Below, one piece after another: positions 6,870 to 12,550 of a stretch of 12,550 nt of DNA. The first letter of the stretch is position 1. Every line of letters starts with the position of its first letter. This DNA comes from a virus (Duplodnaviria > Heunggongvirae > Uroviricota > Caudoviricetes): positions 1 to 12,550 of the IMG/VR virus record IMGVR_UViG_2609459803_000003; one strand, given 5' to 3'. The notes under the pieces were generated by a model. It had not been told where the DNA came from. It was given only the letters and a program-made list of their open reading frames with translations, and did no database searches. The translations under genes were made by a program, and so were the position numbers.

Positions 6870-6897
6870 CAGGTTGGCCCCATATGAGGCCAACCTG
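6870..6897. terminator. Perfect 10-bp inverted repeat hairpin between convergent Q and cargo cassette (bidirectional terminator-like, no U-tract)
   Basis: CAGGTTGGCC (6870-6879), loop CCATATGA, GGCCAACCTG (6888-6897). Sits exactly between the Q stop (6860-6862) and the minus-strand stop at 6898-6900. No T-run on either side, so function as an intrinsic terminator is uncertain. Confidence 0.4.
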
Positions 6898-7347
6898 TCA
6901 CAAGTGGGGGAAGATTTTTCGTAACACTAACCAACACCTTCCGAAGGTATATAGCGAAATTATAAGGGAGGATAAGCCTAACAGTATGAATAGGAAATCA
7001 ATAGGTTTGCCCGCAACAATAACATCATCAGGTAGAAACATCGCTATCAATGGAAATATACATGCGACGATGAGAGTTAACCCTGTTGAAAGTAATCTAT
7101 TTACCAGAGTTGGTAACACGTTGTTTTGCTTAAGGGCATTAATTGCTCCTTCCTTATCGCTGTTTGCACTACTAAATATAGATATTGCAGCCAGAACAAA
7201 ACCAAACAGGATGCCTGATATAGTCGAGAGCACCCCCGCTGTTGTGAGTACGTCAGCATGCTTCATCGGTTTAAACAGTTTTGTCGCTGCATAGGTCAAC
7301 AGAATCCAGAGGACGCATTTCCAGAGAAAAGTGGCTAATTCTCTCAT
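6898..7347 (-). CDS. Small inner-membrane protein with four predicted transmembrane helices (RexB-like topology); second gene of the cargo cassette
   Basis: Track ORF 6898..7359; the ATG at 7347 has GGAGGA 4-5 nt upstream, the ATG at 7359 has none. Hydrophobic segments by eye: LATFLWKCVLWILLTYAATKLF, VLTTAGVLSTISGILFGFVLAAISIFS, LSTGLTLIVACIFPLIAMFL, IDFLFILLGLSSLIISLYTF. AT-rich. Starts 10-22 nt after the stop of the upstream 313-aa gene. Confidence 0.7.
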   Translation of the reverse strand: MRELATFLWKCVLWILLTYAATKLFKPMKHADVLTTAGVLSTISGILFGFVLAAISIFSSANSDKEGAINALKQNNVLPTLVNRLLSTGLTLIVACIFPLIAMFLPDDVIVAGKPIDFLFILLGLSSLIISLYTFGRCWLVLRKIFPHL

Positions 7348-7368
7348 TGTGTCCTCCATGCTTGGTTA

Positions 7369-8310
7369 TTAGTCTCTGCTAGCGAGCTCATACTGTGCAA
7401 GATAGTTCGCGTTATCAATTTTAGCAGATATCATCGCCGTTCTGATATCAGAATCGGATGGATAACCGCTTTTGACAATGATTGTCTTTGTACTGACCAA
7501 TACTTGGTCAAGTAGACTTTTGGGCGTTCTATTGGATGGCTCTGTTACATCAATTTTTTTAATTTTTAGACCTCCAGAACCTTTTGGAAAAAGTTCAAGT
7601 AGTTCCTTAATAGCATCGGTGACAGAAGTTTTTAGATAGTTAAACCCTTGTTTTTTCGGGCGAATCCGACCTCGCATATTTAATCTTAGATGCGACCCGC
7701 CCATACCAACAACCATGTCAATAATTTCATTAGCTAAAGGGTTTTTAATCTTATAATTAGCTTTGTTAAAGTTTCTTGGAGCAGCAACTATAAGATCGAA
7801 ACTACGTAGGATATTTCCGTCCTCAAGCAGTTCCTTCATGCTCTCTTGTTTCCAAATGGCTTCAAAAGTGACGCTTTTTAAATCAGTTTTGTTATACAAA
7901 ATGAATGCCAGATCATTTACTTTGGGCCCTATATGGTTGAGGGTCATAGCTAATAAGTCCGTTTCGTAGTAATAGATAAAATATGTTCTTTCAACTACAG
8001 AATCTTTATCATTTAAAGGAATTGTTCTCTCACTACCTGTAGCATCCTCGATGAACGGTAGTAGGCATTCCCTTCTCCACGATACGTAACCAAAGTAACA
8101 TTGCAGTGTGGTATCTTTTTGAAGAATAACTAACTTTAACCCTCGATTTGGGGTGTCTGTTGTGTAAGTTATTGGAAAAGTTACAGTATCTGCTGTGGTC
8201 ATTTGCTCAAAGGCTAGTTTTGCAGCAGATGTGCCATCTTTTTTGCTTCCATTACCAGTGAAAAAACCAACTCTCACTCGCCTGGTTTTATTCTTATTTT
8301 CTGTACTCAT
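7369..8310 (-). CDS. Hypothetical soluble protein (313 aa), first gene of the antisense cargo cassette; no recognisable catalytic motif
   Basis: Long minus-strand ORF with protein-like composition: MSTENKNKTRRVRVGFFTGNGSKKDGTSAAKLAFEQM…ERTYFIYYYETDLLAMTLNHIGPKVNDLAFILYNKTD…IIDMVVGMGGSHLRLNMRGRIRPKK… No Walker A, HNH, DEDD or similar motif seen by eye. Double stop TAATAA. AT-rich against GC-richer phage flanks. Weak SD (GGA) before the ATG at 8310. Confidence 0.75.
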   Translation of the reverse strand: MSTENKNKTRRVRVGFFTGNGSKKDGTSAAKLAFEQMTTADTVTFPITYTTDTPNRGLKLVILQKDTTLQCYFGYVSWRRECLLPFIEDATGSERTIPLNDKDSVVERTYFIYYYETDLLAMTLNHIGPKVNDLAFILYNKTDLKSVTFEAIWKQESMKELLEDGNILRSFDLIVAAPRNFNKANYKIKNPLANEIIDMVVGMGGSHLRLNMRGRIRPKKQGFNYLKTSVTDAIKELLELFPKGSGGLKIKKIDVTEPSNRTPKSLLDQVLVSTKTIIVKSGYPSDSDIRTAMISAKIDNANYLAQYELASRD

Positions 8311-8433
8311 TATCGATCCGAAATAATTTTAGCAACCGTGTGAAAAATACAACAAAAAAAAGAGGAAATCATTAGCGCGGTCCGCAAAAAACATTGTAAT
8401 CTGTTAAGAGTGGTTACTTCGCCACACAGCTTA

Positions 8434-8460
8434 AACCCGCCGTCGAGCGGGTTTTGTCGT
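8434..8460 (+). terminator. Rho-independent terminator upstream of the lysis genes (tR'-like)
   Basis: AACCCGC (8434-8440), loop CGTCGA, GCGGGTT (8447-8453), then TTTTGTCGTTTCTG. Plus-strand orientation, about 150 bp upstream of the holin start, as lambda tR' precedes S. Confidence 0.6.
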
Positions 8461-8606
8461 TTCTGTGGCTGGGGATTCGTTGGTCCTGGCCTATTCCGCA
8501 GTTCTCCATCGGTTCGGCTTCTTTGATGTTTCCGCTTCTGATTTGCGGTACATGATGTTCCCTCAATTTGCACCTGCTGTATCAGCGAGGTGAGAGATAA
8601 CTACAA

Positions 8607-8933
8607 ATGCCTCATAACCCAAATACCTGGCTGGAGTTGGTCCAGAGCTGGTGGCGTGGAGACACACCGCTGGGCGCAGTGATTATGTCGATCGTTATGG
8701 CTGGCTTGCGCATTGCCTATTTTGGCGGTGGTGGTGGCTGGAAACGAAAAACGCTCGAGATTTTGCTCTGTGGTGCTCTGACGCTGACTTTTGCATCCGC
8801 TCTTGAGTATGTCGGATGGCCTAAATCTCTTTCTGTTGCCATTGGTGGCGGCGTTGGGCTGATCGGGGTCGATGCTATTCGTGGGGCTGCAATGAGAGTA
8901 ATCGGTAATAAGTTTGGTGGCTCTAAGGAGTAA
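8607..8933 (+). CDS. S: Holin (lambda S-like class I, three predicted TM segments)
   Basis: 108-aa ORF immediately upstream of the endolysin. Three hydrophobic segments (LGAVIMSIVMAGLRIAYF; TLEILLCGALTLTFASAL; LSVAIGGGVGLIGVDAI) and a charged C-terminus, same length class as lambda S. Confidence 0.8.
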   Translation: MPHNPNTWLELVQSWWRGDTPLGAVIMSIVMAGLRIAYFGGGGGWKRKTLEILLCGALTLTFASALEYVGWPKSLSVAIGGGVGLIGVDAIRGAAMRVIGNKFGGSKE

Positions 8934-8936
8934 TTT

Positions 8937-9413
8937 ATGCAGGTACTAAATTCCCAGCGTAAAGCTTTCCTGGATATGGTGGCATGGTCAGAAGGAACGG
9001 ATAACGGGCGACAACCGACACGTAACCACGGTTATGACGTTATTGTCGGTGGCGAACTCTTCACTGATTACTCCGATCACCCTCGCAAACTTGTCACGCT
9101 AAACCCGAAACTCAAATCAACAGCTGCAGGCCGTTATCAACTTCTTTCACGTTGGTGGGATGCTTACCGCAAGCAGCTTGGGCTGAAAGACTTCTCTCCC
9201 AGAAGCCAGGACTCAGTGGCATTACAGCAGATTAAAGAGCGTGGCGCTTTACCGATGATTGATCGCGGCAATATTCGTCAGGCAATCGACCGTTGCAGCA
9301 ATATCTGGGCGTCTTTACCTGGTGCAGGTTACGGTCAGTATGAACATAAAATTGGCGACCTGATTTCCCGGTTTAAAGAGGCTGGTGGGGTGGTAAATGA
9401 AGCTGAGATATAA
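8937..9413 (+). CDS. R: Endolysin, lambda R-type lytic transglycosylase
   Basis: 158-aa product MQVLNSQRKAFLDMVAWSEGTDNGRQPTRNHGYDVIVGGELFTDYSDHPRKLVTLNPKLKSTAAGRYQLLSRWWDAYRKQLGLKDFSP… is near-identical over most of its length to lambda R as I recall it, including the catalytic-Glu context WSEGTD. Confidence 0.95.
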   Translation: MQVLNSQRKAFLDMVAWSEGTDNGRQPTRNHGYDVIVGGELFTDYSDHPRKLVTLNPKLKSTAAGRYQLLSRWWDAYRKQLGLKDFSPRSQDSVALQQIKERGALPMIDRGNIRQAIDRCSNIWASLPGAGYGQYEHKIGDLISRFKEAGGVVNEAEI

Positions 9414-9789
9414 GCTGGTTATTGTTGCCTTCTTTGTTACCGTCATTGGTTCCTTCATCTGGTCTGCCGGGCATTACTACAGCAAATATCTGCACGAAAA
9501 GGAGCGTGCTGATGAGGCTATACGAAATGCTGAATCAGCAACTGCCATTACCCGTAACGTTCTGCAATCACTGCAAATCATCAATACAGTTATAGAGGCT
9601 AACCAGCATGCAAAACAGCAGATTGCACTGGAGTCACAGAAAACCCAGGAAGATATCAAAGTGGCTGTTGCGGATGATGATTGTGCTTCACGTCCTGTGC
9701 CTGCTGCCGCTGCTGACCGGTTGCGGAAGTACGCGGACAGTTTACGTGAACACTCCGGCGGTACCACTGCCAGCCAGCTTGACTTCTGA
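9397..9789 (+). CDS. Rz: Rz-type i-spanin (inner-membrane spanin subunit)
   Basis: ATG at 9397 overlaps the endolysin 3' end. N-terminal signal-anchor MKLRYKLVIVAFFVTVIGSFIW followed by a charged, helix-prone periplasmic region. Position and architecture are typical; at 130 aa it is shorter than lambda Rz (153 aa). Confidence 0.8.
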   Translation: MKLRYKLVIVAFFVTVIGSFIWSAGHYYSKYLHEKERADEAIRNAESATAITRNVLQSLQIINTVIEANQHAKQQIALESQKTQEDIKVAVADDDCASRPVPAAAADRLRKYADSLREHSGGTTASQLDF

Positions 9790-9922
9790 TACACCTGTAC
9801 CGTTTATACCCAACCCACTGACGTATGGTGCAAGTCTTGATTTGAATGTAAGTTTGTTATCCGCGTTGGCTCAATGTAATAGGGATAAGTCTGATATCAG
9901 AATCATTGATAATCAAAATTGA
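9674..9922 (+). CDS. Rz1: Rz1-type o-spanin lipoprotein, starting inside Rz in the +1 frame and extending beyond the Rz stop
   Basis: Within track ORF 9608..9922; start placed at ATG 9674 (or 9677), giving MMIVLHVLCLLPLLTGCGS… with lipobox LLTG|C. Mature part is Pro-rich (TPAVPLPASLTSDTPVPFIPNPLTY) like lambda Rz1. The ORF continues 133 nt past the Rz stop into AT-rich sequence. Confidence 0.65.
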   Translation: MMIVLHVLCLLPLLTGCGSTRTVYVNTPAVPLPASLTSDTPVPFIPNPLTYGASLDLNVSLLSALAQCNRDKSDIRIIDNQN

Positions 9923-10125
9923 TGTATATTTTTATCGTCATGTAGATAACGAACAAGGTATTCCTCTGATACGTTTCGTTGAATACAGGTCATGGGTAGG
10001 CATTGCAATATCGCTTCGAAATTATCTGTGATAATGCTCTTAATTTTGAATGTATGTATTTGGGAAAAGAGATAAAGTAATAGTCTAATTAATGGAGATA
10101 TCCACAAAACACAAAAGGGACTATT

Positions 10126-10632
10126 ATGCGACCAGATCAATTTTTCTATCCAGATACTTTTACCTTTAATTCATCCACCTATTATGGTCAACGTGACTCA
10201 TCTAAAGGTCGATTGTATATTCCTATTGAAAGTGACTTATGTCCATTTAATATCGGCGATATCATTGTGCAAAAAATGGTCGACAGGGAAAGACTATTTG
10301 AAGTGCTTGATTACGAGGTGCAAATTAGTCTCGAGGCTGGTTGCCCTGGCTACTCACATTTGGCGGTATTGATAGTGAATGCATTGGATGTAAAAGAGAA
10401 GCCGAAGCAGATTACGACCCATTTGACGTTTAACGGTGCTATTAATGCTGGTGGTGATTTTCAAGCCGGTAATGACAATTCGATCACAAAGAATATAACC
10501 ATTCAACAACTACATGATGCTATAGAGCATTGCAATGATCCAGAGGTTAAAAGCCTTTGGCAAAAGCTATTGGAAAATCCGACGTTTGCTTCAATTGCTT
10601 CAATATTGGCAAAAAGTGCTTTAGGACAGTAA
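10126..10632 (+). CDS. Hypothetical protein (168 aa), AT-rich orphan cargo gene between lysis and packaging modules
   Basis: ORF with AAAGGGA before the ATG. Product MRPDQFFYPDTFTFNSSTYYGQRDSSKGRLYIPIESDLCPFNIGDIIVQKMVDRERLFEVLDYEVQ… has no TM segments and no motif I recognise. Preceded by about 200 bp of AT-rich non-coding DNA and followed by its own terminator. Confidence 0.7.
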   Translation: MRPDQFFYPDTFTFNSSTYYGQRDSSKGRLYIPIESDLCPFNIGDIIVQKMVDRERLFEVLDYEVQISLEAGCPGYSHLAVLIVNALDVKEKPKQITTHLTFNGAINAGGDFQAGNDNSITKNITIQQLHDAIEHCNDPEVKSLWQKLLENPTFASIASILAKSALGQ

Positions 10633-10640
10633 TTCATCAA

Positions 10641-10666
10641 GCCCCATTCAATATGGGGTTTTTATG
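10641..10666 (+). terminator. Rho-independent terminator after the 168-aa cargo gene
   Basis: CCCCAT (10642-10647), loop TCAAT, ATGGGG (10653-10658), then TTTTTTAT; 9 nt after the stop at 10630-10632. Confidence 0.7.
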
Positions 10667-10689
10667 CTTATTACAAAGAGTTTTCTTCA

Positions 10690-11040
10690 ATGCCACCACG
10701 AACTCCAAAAGCCTGCCGTGTTCGCGGGTGCCGCCGTACCACCACTGACCCGTCAGGTTATTGCGAAAGCCACAAAAGCGAAGGCTGGAAGCAATACAAG
10801 CCAGGACAATCCCGTCATCAGCGCGGCTACGGTTCGAAGTGGGACGTTATCCGCGCGCGTGTGCTGAAACGTGACAAAGGTTTATGTCAGTTATGTCTGC
10901 GCGCTGGTGTGGTGCGTGAGGCGAAAACTGTTGACCACATCATCCCTAAAGCGCATGGCGGCACTGATGCCGACTGTAATCTGCAGAGTCTGTGCTGGCC
11001 GTGTCATAAGGCGAAGACGGCCCGTGAACGGCTTAAGTGA
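10690..11040 (+). CDS. HNH endonuclease (packaging-associated, adjacent to small terminase)
   Basis: 116-aa product with HNH motif …CQLCLRAGVVREAKTVDHIIPKAHGGTDADCNLQSLCWPCHKAKT… Placement next to the terminase small subunit is typical of HK97-like cos phages. Confidence 0.9.
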   Translation: MPPRTPKACRVRGCRRTTTDPSGYCESHKSEGWKQYKPGQSRHQRGYGSKWDVIRARVLKRDKGLCQLCLRAGVVREAKTVDHIIPKAHGGTDADCNLQSLCWPCHKAKTARERLK

Positions 11041-11066
11041 TAATAATTCTCAACTGTCTGAGGGGA

Positions 11067-11127
11067 GGGGCGGGTCAAATCTCTGCGGCCTGACGTCTTC
11101 AGGACTGCCCGCCCCATCGTTTTTTTA
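11067..11127 (+). other. GC-rich compound hairpin followed by a T7 run: terminator after the HNH gene and/or candidate cos/packaging site
   Basis: GGGGCGGG (11067-11074) pairs with CCCGCCCC (11108-11115), enclosing a nested CCTGA/TCAGG hairpin (11089-11103), followed by TTTTTTT (11120-11127). Located between the HNH and small terminase genes, where HK97-like genomes place their ends. Confidence 0.45.
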
Positions 11128-11165
11128 TACCCGCGAAAAATGAAATTTAACCAGGAGTGCCGCAT

Positions 11166-11486
11166 ATGGCTGGAACGGCGGGGCGTTCCGGGCGTCGCCC
11201 TAAGCCAACGGCGCGCAAGGCGCTGGCCGGAAACCCCGGCAAGCGAGCCCTGAACAAAGATGAACCTGTTTTTACGCCCATCAAAGGTGTTGAGCCACCG
11301 GAGTGGTTCGCTGAAGAAGAGCTTCCTCTCCCCGAACAGAAAAAAATCGAAAGAGTCCTGCGTGATGTCGGACTCTCCCGCACCCAGGCCAAAGCATTCA
11401 TGGCCGGGGGCTATAGCGCACTGTCCCTGCGCGACGCTGAGGATGTGGGCTCTGCACTGAATGCACTGAAAAATCTGAACTTCTAA
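11166..11486 (+). CDS. Terminase small subunit, P27 family
   Basis: ATG at 11166 with AGGAG 8 nt upstream (track ORF starts at a GTG at 11157). Product MAGTAGRSGRRPKPTARKALAGNPGKRALNKDEPVFTPIKGVEPPEWF… matches the P27-family N-terminal signature from memory. Confidence 0.85.
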   Translation: MAGTAGRSGRRPKPTARKALAGNPGKRALNKDEPVFTPIKGVEPPEWFAEEELPLPEQKKIERVLRDVGLSRTQAKAFMAGGYSALSLRDAEDVGSALNALKNLNF

Positions 11487-11500
11487 TCAGGAGAAATACG

Positions 11501-12550
11501 ATGGCGGTTGATATTAAAGATGTCGAACAGGTCGCGCAGGAGCTGCAGCAGAAGTTTGACGACTTCAAAGCAAAGAACGACAAGCGCGTGGATGCGATTG
11601 AGCAGGAAAAAGGCAAGCTTGCCGGGCAGGTGGAAACCCTGAACGGGAAACTCAGCGAGCTGGAAAATCTCAAAAGCGACCTTGAAAAAGAGCTGCTTGA
11701 GCTGAAACGTCCGGCTGGTGGAGCGCAAAATAAACTGGCCACCGAGCATAAAGAGGCGTTTGTGGGCTTCCTGCGTAAAGGCCGTGAAGACGGTCTGCGC
11801 GATCTGGAGCGTAAGGCATTGCAGGTGGGTACCGATGAAGACGGTGGCTACGCCGTGCCGGAAGAACTGGATCGCAACATTCTTAACCTGCTGAAAGATG
11901 AAGTGGTGATGCGTCAGGAAGCCACGGTGATCACCGTTGGCGGTTCCGACTACAAAAAACTGGTGAATCTGGGCGGTACGGCTTCCGGATGGGTGGGGGA
12001 AACGGATACGCGATCCCAGACTGCCACCTCCAGACTGGAGCTGATTGAACCTCTCATGGGGGAAATTTACGGCAACCCGCAGGCTACCCAGAAAATGCTG
12101 GACGATGCCTTCTTCAACGTGGAGGCCTGGATCAACAGCGAGCTGGCAACCGAATTTGCCGAACAGGAAGAAATTGCCTTTACCTCAGGCGATGGCACCA
12201 AGAAGCCGAAAGGGTTCCTGGCGTATGAATCCACTGATGAAACCGACAAGGTCCGGGCGTTCGGCAAACTTCAGCATATTGTATCCGGCGAAGCGACCGC
12301 GGTGACCGCAGACGCCATTATCAAACTGATTTACACGCTGCGTAAGGCACACCGCACTGGCGCGAAGTTCATGATGAACAACAACAGCCTGTTTGCCATC
12401 CGTCTGCTTAAAGACAGCGAGGGTATTCGCCTTGGTTGCTCATACCAGGCCTCCGGTATTCTAAAGGGGAAAATAAGAGTGCGTTGCGAGAGTGCTGATG
12501 CTTTTTTAAACGTTAAGCATAGTCGGCGACAGCAGGAGGATTATTCTTAA
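11501..12550 (+). CDS. Major capsid protein, HK97 family (with N-terminal coiled-coil delta domain); 3' end aberrant, probably truncated or disrupted
   Basis: AGGAGA SD 7 nt before the ATG. N-terminal 100 aa is coiled-coil-like (MAVDIKDVEQVAQELQQKFDDFKAKNDKRVDAIEQEKGKLAGQVETLNGKLSELENLKSDLEKELLEL). The body contains …GAKFMMNNNSLFAIRLLKDSEG…, resembling the HK97 gp5 segment …HNIALLKDNEGRYIFGG… After about position 12435 the translation (CSYQASGILKGKIRVRCESADAFLNVKHSRRQQEDYS) no longer resembles capsid and stops at the window end. Confidence 0.75.
   Translation: MAVDIKDVEQVAQELQQKFDDFKAKNDKRVDAIEQEKGKLAGQVETLNGKLSELENLKSDLEKELLELKRPAGGAQNKLATEHKEAFVGFLRKGREDGLRDLERKALQVGTDEDGGYAVPEELDRNILNLLKDEVVMRQEATVITVGGSDYKKLVNLGGTASGWVGETDTRSQTATSRLELIEPLMGEIYGNPQATQKMLDDAFFNVEAWINSELATEFAEQEEIAFTSGDGTKKPKGFLAYESTDETDKVRAFGKLQHIVSGEATAVTADAIIKLIYTLRKAHRTGAKFMMNNNSLFAIRLLKDSEGIRLGCSYQASGILKGKIRVRCESADAFLNVKHSRRQQEDYS

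Noticed and set aside
6884-7294. Plus-strand ORF 6884..7294 (136 aa)
   Set aside because: Antisense overlap of the minus-strand membrane-protein gene, which has four clear hydrophobic helices and an SD; the plus-frame translation is not protein-like.
7763-7969. Plus-strand ORF 7763..7969 (68 aa)
   Set aside because: Antisense shadow ORF inside the better-supported 313-aa minus-strand gene.
8310-8573. Minus-strand ORF 8310..8573 (87 aa)
   Set aside because: Lies across the late regulatory region and terminator hairpin; translation is Arg/Gln/Pro-rich with no SD; the region is treated as non-coding.
9477-10140. ORF 9477..9794 (-), the upstream start of ORF 9608..9922, and ORF 9913..10140 (-)
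   Set aside because: The first is antisense to Rz. For the +1-frame ORF the biologically sensible start is the ATG at 9674 that yields a signal peptide and lipobox. The last lies in AT-rich intergenic DNA with no SD.
10184-11143. ORFs 10184..10372, 10557..10748, 10664..10867 and 10871..11143 (+)
   Set aside because: Alternate-frame overlaps of the 168-aa gene and the HNH gene, or read across the terminator and GC-rich hairpin region; no independent support.
11147-12305. ORFs 11147..11401 (-), 11260..11460 (+), 11398..11742 (-), 11483..11749 (-), 12045..12305 (+) and 12067..12267 (-)
   Set aside because: Shadow ORFs within the small terminase and capsid genes; Ser/Arg-rich low-complexity translations.
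1-12550. tRNA genes, integrase or att site, and IS elements
   Set aside because: No T-loop-like GGTTCGAATCC motif or cloverleaf candidate was seen on either strand; no integrase or transposase ORF; I could not match the final 110 bp to any IS end I know. Their absence from this window does not exclude them nearby.

Overview
The window reads as one contiguous slice of a lambdoid (lambda/HK97-mosaic) prophage from an enterobacterial, E. coli-like host; all calls are from reading the sequence and ORF translations, with no database search run. Gene order left to right: two leftward early-region genes (1-755); an immunity switch with a cI-like repressor (HTH + S24 peptidase), shared operator 15-mers on both sides, and cro-like and cII-position genes (1838-3522); an O-like replication initiator with embedded iterons, truncated and abutting a rusA 3' remnant (3867-4665); KilA-N protein, DUF968-like protein and antiterminator Q (4685-6862); a lysis cassette of holin, lambda R-type endolysin and Rz/Rz1 spanins (8607-9922); then HNH endonuclease, P27-family small terminase and an HK97-family major capsid protein (10690-12550). 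The most interesting element is an AT-rich, two-gene antisense cargo cassette (6898-8310) wedged between Q and the late/lysis region, the hotspot where Stx phages carry stx: a 313-aa soluble protein followed by a small 4-TM membrane protein, an architecture reminiscent of RexA/RexB-type phage-exclusion modules but not recognisably identical to any family I know. A second AT-rich orphan gene with its own terminator sits between the spanins and the HNH gene (10126-10666). The element looks partly decayed: the O gene lacks its C-terminal domain, large terminase/portal/protease are absent between small terminase and capsid, the capsid gene has an aberrant 3' end, and one early gene appears frameshifted. 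Other observations are about 600 bp of GC-rich apparently non-coding DNA with clustered short repeats, a strand-biased excess of Chi octamers, and a candidate cos/terminator structure upstream of the small terminase gene.
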